From NCBI RefSeq assembly GCF_001194135.2, contig NC_068982.1, positions 184,068,557 through 184,119,661 on the forward strand: a stretch of 51,105 bases of DNA, written 5' to 3'. Within the stretch, counting starts at the first letter, position 1; each line of letters opens with the position of its first letter. This document shows, one piece after another, positions 10,587 to 21,430 of this stretch. The notes beneath the pieces are model-generated. The model was not told the origin of the DNA. It searched no databases and saw only the letters and a program-made list of their open reading frames with translations. The position numbers were made by a program, and so were the translations under genes. Origin of the DNA: Octopus bimaculoides. Taxonomy: Eukaryota.

Positions 10587-13500
10587 TGTGCATCTCCATT
10601 TGGAGAGGGCACTGCTCACCCGAAAGCCGGGGAGGTTCTAGAAAAGGTGAACCAAAAATTGCCTGTCTTTTTATATCTGGTCAGTTTAGCACGACTGATG
10701 GATGTCCACCCTGCGCTCAAAAAACAAAGAGACTTCTTTTTACAAAATCTGAATGGAACTTGAACATTTCATGCTGGAATGTGCGCACTCAATTGGATAA
10801 CAAGAGTGATTGTAGGCCTTAAAGACGTACTGCACTTGTTGCTCGCGAGCTGAACCGCTATAACATTGATATAGCTGCACTTTCAGAGACTCGTACAGAA
10901 GATGATGGTCAGCTTGAGGAAGTAGGAAGTGGATACACGTTTTTTTTTTTGGAAGGGAAGGCTGAAGAAGAAGCAAAGAGAGGCTGGTGTTGGCTTTGCA
11001 GTTCGATCTGATACCCTTAAGAAGTTGGAGGAGCTTCCTGTTCCTATAAATGAAGGTCTAATGACTCTACGATTGCACCTGAAAGGTGGGCGGTTTGCTA
11101 CTCTAATAAGTGCCTATGCACCTACTTTGACTAGTTGTGATGATAAAACTATTTTTTATATTCAGCTGAGAGCCATACTGAGAAAATCCCCAGTTCTGAT
11201 AAAGTCATTCTACTGGGGGATTTCAATGCCAGGGTTGGAACAGACTGACAGACATGGAACTCTATAAGACGTTTTGGTGTAGGAAAAATGAATAGCAACG
11301 GTCTCATGCTGCTGGAGCTTTGCGATGAACAGGGACTTTACATCGCAAGTACTCATTTTAAGCACAAATGTGATCACACAACAACATGGATGCATCCAAG
11401 GTCTAAAGTTTGGCACTTGCTGGATTATGTCATCATCTGCAAGCGTGTCATCTATGACAGTTGTAATGTCAAGTCCTTTCATGGATCGAAATGCTGGACA
11501 GACCACAGTCTGGTGCGAGCAAAGTTCCGGATGATGATTAGAGTGAAAGAGAGAAGAGAGCCAGTTGGCATTCTTCGTCGTCTGGAAGTCCACAAGATGT
11601 ATGATGCTGTGTTGAGGAAAGAGCTTCAGACTCGCTTGTCCAGCATTGAAAATACTACAGTATGAGAAAATTTTCGAAACCAGGTTCTTCAATGTGTTGC
11701 TGAAACACTGGGATATGCTACTGCCAGACACAGAGACTGGTTTGATGAAAATGATGCTGATGTTCAGCGACTATTTGCTGTAAAGCGCCATGCCCACAAT
11801 GTATTGTTGCACAGAGGACGTTCAGCTGTGCAGTGAAATCTAGCACTTGCCCACTATAACAGTATAAAATCGCTACTGCAGCGATCTCTCAGGAAGATTC
11901 AGAATACTTGGGGTGAGAGGATCTTGCTCGTGATGTTAAGACTGCTGTTGATGCAAATGACAGCAAGACGCTTTACCATCTTATGAAGTAAGTGTATGGG
12001 TTCCTTTGCTTTCCAAGAAGTTTTCTACTCTATTTAAATCAACAGAAATCACAGGTAGCTGGATTGAACATTTCTGAACCAGTTGTGGATGAAACAGTGA
12101 TCGATACTATGCAACAAAGACCTATCATTGGCTCCTTAAATTCCACGCCCTCAATAGATGAGGTAATAACAGCAATAAGTAAAGTGAACCTTGGTAGAGC
12201 GCCTGGAAGGGATGGAATTTGTGCTGGGGTCTTGTGATTTGGTGGTGATTACATCATACAGTCCCTTCATGAACTTATTAGTGTAGTATGGAGGGATGGT
12301 GCAATGCTTAAAGACTAGAAGGATGGAATTATTCTTCCTCTCTAAAGGAAAAGGAGCCAGAATAATGTGTGGAAACTACAGAGGTATTGCTCTGCTATCA
12401 GCTGCTGGCAATGTTCTGGCAAATATTCTTCTTACCCGCCTGAATGGGTGTCTCATAAATGATGTCCTATCTGAATCTCAATGTGGCTTCCGATCTGGTA
12501 GAGGGACAATGGATATGATTTTCACAGCAAGACAGATGCAGGAGAAGTGCTATGAGCAGAATATCGATCTTGTCCAGGTATTCATTGATTTAATCAAGGC
12601 CTTTGATGCTGTGAATAGGGCCTTGCTATAGAAAATACTTGGCAAACTTGGATGTCTGGATCACTTTATATCTATAATTAAATCATTTCATGATGGGATG
12701 GAAGCTTGGGTCAATGTTGGTGATGGCATGGCAGGACCCATTCCTGTAGAGAATGGTGTCAAGCAGGGTGACATCCTTGCCCCAACTCTCTTTTCTTTGT
12801 ACTTTGCTGCTGCTTTTACTCGTGCTTTTGCTAAAGTTAGCTCTCTGGGAATATATGCCAGGTATCGATCTTCTGGCCGCCTCTTTAATCTGCACCGATT
12901 TGCTGCCAATTCAAAAGTCTCTTATTCGTGACCCCCTTTATGTAGATGACTGTAACTTAGTCACTCATACAGTGGATGAATCGTATTTCTGCTTCTTGCA
13001 AGGCATTTGGACTCAGCATTAGCCTGGACAAGACTGTTGTAATGTTCCAGCCTGCACCAGGAAATCCATATGTAGAACCAGCTATCTTGGTTGAAGGTAC
13101 AATACTGAAAGTGGTAAACAAGTTTGTCTACCTGAGCAGCACGCTCAGCCGTTCTTGATCCCTGGATGAGGAAATTTCTTTCAGGCTGCAGAGAGCAACT
13201 GATTCCTTCCGGTCTCTTCACTCTCGTGTCTGGTTCCAGCAAGGCATCACAAGGCAAACAAAAATTGCTGTGTACCGCACATGTGTACTGACATCGCTCC
13301 TTCACTTATGTGAGACATGGATCCTTTACAAACGTCATGTAAAGGTCCTTGAACGCTTTCAACAGAGATGACTGAGACACATTCTGAATGTTGACTGGAC
13401 CTTAAAAACTCCACAGGTCCTGAAGAAAGCTGATATCTTGAGTATTGAGGAGAAGGTGCACAAGCACCAGTTACGTTGGACTGGGCACAGAATGAAGGAT

Positions 13501-13616
13501 AGCAGGATCCCTAGACTGATGCTATATGGGGAACTTGTTAGTGGAAAGAGACCCCAGCAGAAACCAAGGCTGCGATTTAAGGACTGTGTCAAAATTAAGG
13601 ATACATTGGATAAATA
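10587..13616 (+). mobile_element. RTE-clade (BovB-like) LINE, near full-length, inactivated by many stops and frameshifts
   Basis: APE motifs WNVRT, IDIAALSETR, SAYAPTL, GDFNARVG, TTWMHPRSKVWHLLDYVI and WTDH. RT motifs NYRGIALLS, ESQCGFRSGRGTMDMIF, FIDLIKAFD, GVKQGDILAPTLF and LYVDD. C-terminal RLRWTGH and PRLMLYGEL. Truncated by a MITE at 13617. Confidence 0.95.
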
Positions 13617-13971
13617 GGATCTTTTCTGTTTGGCTGCAGCTGTGGAAATTTCAAAGTTTATTGAAAATTTTGACATTGGTGTATTAATGTAGTTTTTTAA
13701 GCTCAATCTCAGGAGATATTTCATTTTTTCCAGAAAGATTTTTCCAAAAAGTTGTTAATGAGGTTTAAAATTTGATAATTTTCACCGAGTAAGAAAACAG
13801 GATTTGGAAGCTGTGATTTTGTGCGTCACGTGTTTTGATATGAAACTGTAAATAAATCAACTTCTGCTTTCATGCCATTAACATGTAAAACTACATCGTT
13901 ACATCGAATATGAAATCAATTCGATCAGAAATTGAAGAGATTGAAAATTGACAACCAAGCAGAAAACATCC
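13617..13971. mobile_element. Merlin-type MITE
   Basis: TIRs GGATCTTTTCTGTTTGGCT and AACCAAGCAGAAAACATCC. Flanks gataaata (13609-13616) and gatatgta (13972-13979) match 6/8, consistent with a decayed 8-bp TSD. Homologous to the ends of the element at 5119-6764. Confidence 0.75.
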
Positions 13972-14165
13972 GATATGTACATTACTGGGTATATTACATA
14001 TGGAAATAAGATAAGACAACAACAAACAAACAAACACTGTCGGTGGTAGAGGTGGGAACAGTTTAATTTAACTCTTTTCTGAATGTCAAGGACCTTTAGG
14101 GTCGATACACATCTTCGGTTCGTTGTTGCTGTGGTATGTTTACACTGTTGCTATGGTCTTTTTTC

Positions 14166-14232
<67 letters not shown>

Positions 14233-14346
14233 NNNNNNNNNNNNNNNNNNNNNNNNNNNNNNNNNNNNNNNNNNNNNNNNNNNNNNNNNNNNNNNNNNNN
14301 NNNNNNNNNNNNNNNNNNNNNNNNNNNNNNNNNNNNNNNNNNNNNC

Positions 14347-14464
14347 ATGGTTCTGGGTTCAGACCCACTGCGTGGCACCTTGAGCAAGTGTCTTCTACTT
14401 TGGTCTCGGGCCGACCAAAGCCTTGTGAGTGAATTTGAAAGACAGAAACTGAAAGAATCCCATC

Positions 14465-14505
<41 letters not shown>

Positions 14506-14765
14506 TGTGTGTGTGTGTGTGTGTGTGTATGCGTGCGTGCGTGTTTATATATGTGTCTTTGTGTCTGTCCCTAGTCGCTGCTACTTGATAATCGATGTTG
14601 GTGTGTTTACGTCCTCTCAACTTAGCGGTTTGGCAAAAGTATCCGATAGAATAAGTACTAGGCTTATAAAGAATAAGTTCTGAGGGCGATTTCTTCGACT
14701 AAAACCCTTTAAGGTGGTGCTCCAGCATGGCCATAGTCGAATGACTGCAACAAGAATAAAAGAAT
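14347..14765 (+). mobile_element. SINE family A (tRNA head, CORE-like block, internal (TG)n, AAAAGA-type tail)
   Basis: ggttcagacccactgcgtggcaccttgagcaagtgtcttctac...(TG)n...tgactgcaacaagaataaaaga. Head partly lost in the gap. Confidence 0.85.
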
Positions 14766-15117
14766 ATACATATGCTTGAAATGAAGAATAGATAGACAAC
14801 CGACAACTGATGAAGGGTCCTTTCTGTGTGTTTACTAGTCCTGTTTTGCATTTATCTACTCGATTTCCCCTCGTTTGTTTACGTATTTCATGTTATTTGC
14901 ACCGCTGGTGACATCCTGTNNNNNNNNNNNNNNNNNNNNNNNNNNNNNNNNNNNNNNNNNNNNNNNNNNNNNNNNNNNNNNNNNNNNNNNNNNNNNNNNN
15001 NNNNNNNNNNNNNNNNNNNNNNNNNNTATATATTATATATTATATACATATATACATAATATATTATTTATTATATACAATATATATTATATATTATTAA
15101 TATATATTATTTATTAA

Positions 15118-15660
15118 AAACATCTACTACATATGTGGAAAATCGGTGTGTGTTTGTTTGTGGCGTTGTTAGCTAAATCCTCCTACATCGTTTTATTGAT
15201 TTTGATGAAATTTGACACGTGAGTAGAACTCATGTCTGGAAACCTCGTGACATACTTAGATTGTTGAAAAAATCGATAAATCGGCCCCTGGAAGGGACCT
15301 TTATATCTACCTCATATAACTAATTTTTTTTAACACCTAAGGGAAATAACCCATTGGACCTATACAATATTTTTTAAACACTCAAGGGAAATAACCCATT
15401 TCATTGTTTATGTTTGATTACTTTGAATATTGATATTTTTTGTGTCCTATTTCTAATTTTTGCAGACAATATCACTCTTTTACTTTATTTGACACGGGAG
15501 TTGAACTCATGTCTTGAAACTTCGTGACATAGATTGTTGAAAAAAATCGATAATAGGGCCCTTCCAATGGATCCTTCTATCTAATACATATTACTAAAAT
15601 TTTATTGAAAAATCCCAAGGCAAATAACCCATACCACCTGCAGATTTTGGCGAAGCGATC
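15118..15660 (+). mobile_element. Probable non-autonomous Helitron/Helentron-like (DINE-1/HINE-like) element with internal tandem duplication
   Basis: Starts atctactacat...gtgtgtttgtttg...gattttgatgaaatttgacac, typical of such elements. An internal block is repeated at ~15213-15400 and ~15490-15635. gcgaagcg lies near the 3' end. Confidence 0.45.
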
Positions 15661-16018
15661 AATATTTGATTCTCACGATCAGCCGACCTAATTCTGCATT
15701 TCACTACTCACAGTTTTGAACTGCTAAGCATTATTATTGCACTTTCTTAATTTGAATCTTAAACATTATAGACTTCATTCATACATTTCTATACATACAT
15801 ACTTTCTTCAATGCCCATTACTCCAATAATTCTGCATTTTTACACTTTTCCCATGGCTGTAGATAAATTTTTCATTCCACAAAACGTATTTGTAGTAGCT
15901 TCATGCAGGCATGCTTTAAAAATAAGTACCGGGGTCGATTAATTCGACTAAAAAATTCAAGGCAGTGCCCCAGTATGGCCGCAGTCTAATGACCGAAACA
16001 AGTAAAAGATAAAAGATA

Positions 16019-16262
16019 GGCGCAAGCATGGGTGTTTGGTTAAGATCTCTTTATAACCATGTGATTTCTGGTTCAGTCCCACTGCGTGGCACCTTGGGCA
16101 AGTGTCTTCTACTATAGGTCCAGGCCGACCAATGCCTTGAGAATGAATTTCACAAGAACAGACAGTGCGTGGAAGCTAGTACTCAGATCGACTTGCTTGA
16201 CTAAACCCTTCGCGGTAGTGCCCCCAGCATGGCCGCTCTTCAATCAAACGCGTAAAAGATAG
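16019..16262 (+). mobile_element. SINE family A, internally deleted copy (preceded by another tail at ~15921-16018)
   Basis: Head ggcgcaagcatgggtgtttggttaag, core cactgcgtggcaccttgggcaagtgtcttctac, tail gtgccccagcatggccgc. Confidence 0.75.
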
Positions 16263-16502
16263 TTGTGCGTTTACGGTGTTGCTGGCGTTCTTGAGCCTCC
16301 AGGTCAAATCTGATCAACTAGACAGACCAATGGTAAAGGAAAAAAAAATACAATCGTGACCATTCCTGCTATTGTGCTTATACAGATACAGTGTATCTAA
16401 GACCACATTATCCAATGTCCTCTTCTCCATATTTGAAAATACGATATGGTGTAATTTTATGGAAATTTGGCTACTATTTCTAGCAGGTGGAGCTCCTTGT
16501 AG

Positions 16503-16920
16503 CGTTTACAATGTTGCTATTGCTGTGATGTTTACAATGTTGCTATTGCTGTGGTGTGTTTACAATGTTGCTATTGCTGTGGTGTGTTTACAATGTTACT
16601 ATTGCTGTGGTGTGTTTACAATGTTGCTATTGCTGTGGTGTGTTTACAATGTTGCTATTGCTGTAGTGTGTTTACAATATTGCTATTGCTGTGGTGCGTT
16701 TACAATGTTGCTATTGGTGTGTTTACAATGTTACTATTGCAGTAGTGTGTTTGCAATGTTGCTATTGCAATAGTGTGTTTACAAATTTACTATTGCAATG
16801 GTGTGTTTACAACGTTGCTATTGCTGTAGTGTGTTTACAATTTACTGTTGCGATGGTGTGTTCGCAATGTTGCTATTGCGACAGTGTGTTTACAATATTT
16901 CTACTGCTGTGGTGTGCTGT
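16503..16920. repeat. 28-bp minisatellite (TGTTTACAATGTTGCTATTGCTGTGGTG), about 15 units
   Basis: tttaca recurs at 16531, 16559, 16587 and 16615 (28-bp period) and decays rightwards. Confidence 0.95.
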
Positions 16921-18260
16921 TTACTCTGTTGCCGACCTCAGTCTATATGTCTCACTCTTTATTACTCTCCCATTTTCCTTTCCTCTGTCGCTCCTCGTCA
17001 CACTCAGCGAAATTTAACCTCCCCGTTTCCATACTTCACAATTACCCTCCTTCAGTCCTATTTTACTGCAGTCCCCATCTTAATATGATGGAAGCTGGAG
17101 ATCCAATGGAATGCGAAAGAATAAAAAGAAATCGATACGCCCTACCTCCCACTTTCCCTCTCGCTTCATCTGGATAGTCTTTCCGTCTATAAACAACTAG
17201 GTCAACGAAGTGTGACAAAGAATTAAGAAGAAACACCTCATTGAATATATATAGAAAACGCTTTTTAACTCACAAGTGGCTGTACTAATTTGCATAAAGT
17301 TCCTCAGATGCCCTAATTTGCATATTAGCTGAATAACTGTTCAGAACTTACTAATGAGCTCAATACGCATTAAAAAATGCTGCCATTGTTGGCGAATTGT
17401 CAGAATCGTTAATGCATCGGGTAAAGTATCTCTAAGTATTTAATCTGACATGTAAGAATTCGAACCCCAACCGCGAAATTACCAGTTTGCGATCATGAAC
17501 ATACCACTACAGTTTTCTGTGATTGGTCTAAAATTCGTCCAATCAGCGTGAAGCTGTGACATTGATAGCCTGTCGATTGTTCTAAAAATTCGCGCCCTTT
17601 TACCGTAGCCAAACAGTTTAGTGTTTAAATCATAGTGGACTGCTGTTAGCCTTCAAGACAAGTCACAGCAGACCACAACTAGCTTTCAAGCAAGACATCA
17701 CCATTCCCTTCCCAAAGCTTCAACAACGTGCCGTGGTATTTGTATCTGCATTTTTCTCTTCTAGATAACAAATGTCTAAGCCAACGCAGTAAAGCTATTC
17801 CTACTTACTATTCTGATAACCAGTGAATCTGTGATAATTTGCGTAATTTCTATGCACAGTCTTCTATTAATAAAATATGACTGAACGTTCGTGAGTTTGC
17901 TTTATAATAGATGCAGCCAGCTAGAACCCACGACATGGTGATTTATTTCCCTCTGAGTCAAAATCCTGCCGAGGCCAACCATTTTTATCCTTCCGGGGTC
18001 GATAAAAAAAACCCCCAATGCAAAGCGGTGAGTTGATGAAACTGCAAGAAAGTCGGATCGAGTTAGACCTTCACTGAATAGCTTTCATGAATCTCGGATA
18101 TACCAGCGGCTCAGAATGTTACATTACACACTCAAAATGGGCAATGGACCTGGACAGTAAGCTGAAACACTGCACGGTAAGCGAGAGATTGGACAGCCAA
18201 ATACGTTGCTGTTATAGAGTAGCTAAGATCGCGCTGACAAAACTGCATCTTACATGGGGT

Positions 18261-18307
<47 letters not shown>

Positions 18308-20339
18308 NNNNNNNNNNNNNNNNNNNNNNNNNNNNNNNNNNNNNNNNNNNNNNNNNNNNNNNNNNNNNNNNNNNNNNNNNNNNNNNNNNNNNNNNNNNNN
18401 NNNNNNNNNNNNNNNNNTAACTGGATCCTAATCCACCAAGGGAAGGTATGTCAGAAGAAAGTAATTCAACAACGCGGGTTGATGAACCGTAAGACGTGTG
18501 GCCAGAACCTCCTGGAAAATAACCATAGCGAGGGACATTCCACAGTTGGATTAGAACAGTCACAAACAGTGAAAGAAGACATGCACCCAACACCAGAGCT
18601 AAAGACACCTCCGAAAGGAGGGGCCCCGCCACGTCAAAACGGTAGAGGAGTAGGGGCCGAAACCGGACGTGGTTCCACCTGATGATGTCTTGAGCTAACT
18701 GGATCCTATAAAGGAGCTGTTGTGGTAGCAGACCACGAAACATGGTTGAAATTCCTCTGTGAGTCGAATCAGTTGGCTGTACCCACTTTCCTATAAATAT
18801 ATAACCATAAATAAATGTAGAATTCCTTTATTATCAGAAGATGGTAGTTGGTAGATTAGATAAAGTGGTGGACAATACTAATGGTACAGCACCGTCTTTC
18901 CGAATACTGATGGCTCGGAACCTCTTATAATCCACAGTAATTTACGAGTAGGAACTTCAATTTCCTGCGGCCACCAGACTAGTTTACTGGTACCTTAAGC
19001 AGATTAGTACCTTGTACAGCAAAATACTAATAAACTTGTATTATTTATATTAGTGTACAGGTACCTGTATTTCATTTAATAATTTATGTAAATTTAATGT
19101 TTGTTTAATTTAAGCCGGCAGAACCGTTAGCACGCCGGATGAAATGTTTAGTGGCATTCCGTCCGTCTTCATGTTCTGAGTTTAAATTCCGGGGTCGATG
19201 ACATAAGTACTAGTCGAGCACCAGGGGTCGATGTAATAAACTTACCCCCTCCCTCTTCCCCGAGATTCCTGGCCTTGTGCCAAAATATGAAACCAATAAT
19301 TGTTTAATTTAGAGTGTGGCCACCCTTGGTTCGGAAAAAGCAGTAATCTGGAATGGCGTTAGAACCAAAGGTTTCGGGAAATTGATGTTGTACTAGTATT
19401 TGTAGTGTTCAGCTATCGAAATTTGCATTCTGAGTTCAGATACCGTTACGGTTGGCATTACTTCTTATTCTCCTGCGGGGAAACTACTGTAGTAACGCCG
19501 TGCGCATGCGTAGTCTCACGCATGCGTGGAATTAAACAAGCAAGCTTTCCCGCTTAATTCTATCTCTTTCTTGCTGGCCAGCAATAGAGCATGGACGTGT
19601 CAAGCAGTGTCTCCAACACCCAACTCTGGAGACAGTCTCTTTACGTGTTTAGCTGTCACTCTCCATCTTTCGGACTTACACTCGACAGCTCGCTCACATC
19701 TACATACCCACGTCCCAACAACTATGCTCACACACAACAGAAGCTGTAACAACAAGAGCTAAAGATGTATATATTTACCACCTGAATAAATGTTGTTTAA
19801 GTTGATAGTCCGGAGTTCAGCGTTCCGTTATATTNNNNNNNNNNNNNNNNNNNNNNNNNNNNNNNNNNNNNNNNNNNNNNNNNNNNNNNNNNNNNNNNNN
19901 NNNNNNNNNNNNNNNNNNNNNNNNNNNNNNNNNNNNNNNNNNNNNNNNNNNNNNNNNNNNNNNNNNNNNNNNNNNNNNNNNNNNNNNNNNNNNNNNNNNN
20001 NNNNNNNNNNNNNNNNNNNNNNNNNNNNNNNNNNNNNNNNNNNNNNNNNNNNNNNNNNNNNNNNNNNNNNNNNNNNNNNNNNNNNNNNNNNNNNNNNNNN
20101 NNNNNNNNNNNNNNNNNNNNNNNNNNNNNNNNNNNNNNNNNNNNNNNNNNNNNNNNNNNNNNNNNNNNNNNNNNNNNNNNNNNNNNNNNNNNNNNNNNNN
20201 NNNNNNNNNNNNNNNNNNNNNNNNNNNNNNNNNNNNNNNNNNNNNNNNNNNNNNNNNNNNNNNNNNNNNNNNNNNNNNNNNNNNNNNNNNNNNNNNNNNN
20301 NNNNNNNNNNNNNNNNATACATTAAGTGCCGACTACATA

Positions 20340-20688
20340 AACAAACGATTCTGAAACAATTCTATCGGTGATAGGGTTAGAGTTAGGGTTAGGGTTAAAG
20401 CAAATTTAAAATGAAAAAAGCCGATAAAACGAAGGTATGGAGATTAAATACGCTTTACATCGCTTAATCAGCCAAAGGAGTAAATATAAACAACTGAATA
20501 CTTGTCAGTGATTGGTTGAAATTATCGAAATAAGACAATTTTTTACATGAAATAAATTCGAATACAAAAATATTTTTCTGTTCTATAACACAAAATAGAT
20601 AAGTATACGAAGTTTGAAAGTCTTTCGGTACCAAAAACACTACGTAAAACATTAATGAAAAATGTAGCCCCCGTTTTAAAAAAGATCC
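20340..20688. mobile_element. TTAGGG-containing DNA element, copy 2
   Basis: Homologous to 8552-8893. Ends CCCCGTTTTAAAAAAGATCC. TTAGGG tract at ~20372-20396. Confidence 0.65.
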
Positions 20689-20689
20689 G

Positions 20690-21110
20690 TCTTCTGTAGT
20701 GTTACAACAATGTAAGATATTGTAGAAGTGTTCTGAGCTATTCTAGTAATTTTCTATAGTGTTGCGATAATGTTCTAGGATATTGTAGAAGTATCTTGTA
20801 ATATTATAGTAGTATTCTGTAGTGTCCTAGGATATTGTAGTAGTATTCTGGGGGTGTTGTAGTAGTGTTCCGGGATGTCGTAGTAATATTTTGTAGTGTT
20901 GTAGAAGCGATTTGGTGGGCATTGCAGAAGTTGTAGTGTGTTGTAGATGTGTCTAAACCTGTGTGTGAGAAAGAGAGTGATAAGTGTTGTTAGGATCGTG
21001 TCACAGTAGTGTTGTGAGGGTGTCGTACATGTCTCGACCGAGTAAAGAGACAACATCTTTAGAATAGTGTCGTAGATATGTCTGAACAGGTTGGTGTTTA
21101 CTCTAGCAAC
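20690..21110. repeat. Degenerate TGTAG/TGTTG-rich simple-sequence repeat family
   Basis: Similar tracts in reverse complement at ~33050-33500, and at ~41430-41930 and 48760-48990. Confidence 0.55.
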
Positions 21111-21203
21111 AAACTGTTCTTCACTCGTGTCTAAGTGGATTTTAATTTTTAGTGAAACAACTGTGAAAAATGTGTCAGTGAAATGATCTGTTTATTAAGT
21201 ACA

Positions 21204-21430
21204 TACGAGGGGGTGCAGCAAACTTTCTGGCTTTAAAGGTGTCGCGAAAGGCCCGGTTGGAGGCCCAACCTTCCGAGTTCTTTTACAAGGCTTAGAAAAA
21301 ACTGAAGAACCGCTACAATAAGTGTGTGAATCTGATAGCGGAATATGTTGAAGAATAAAATCATAATTAACTGATCCTCTTATATTTTCTTTTACTCAAA
21401 GTCAGGAACTTTTCAGCACCCCCTCGAGTA
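21204..21430 (+). mobile_element. Internally deleted mariner element (MITE)
   Basis: TA plus TIR cgagggggtgcagcaaactttctggcttt and aaagtcaggaacttttcagcaccccctcg. It retains a mariner transposase C-terminus, KLKNRYNKCVNLIAEYVEE*. Confidence 0.85.

Noticed and set aside
14806-14830. Hammerhead core starting CTGATGA
   Set aside because: No properly spaced GAAA or helices downstream.
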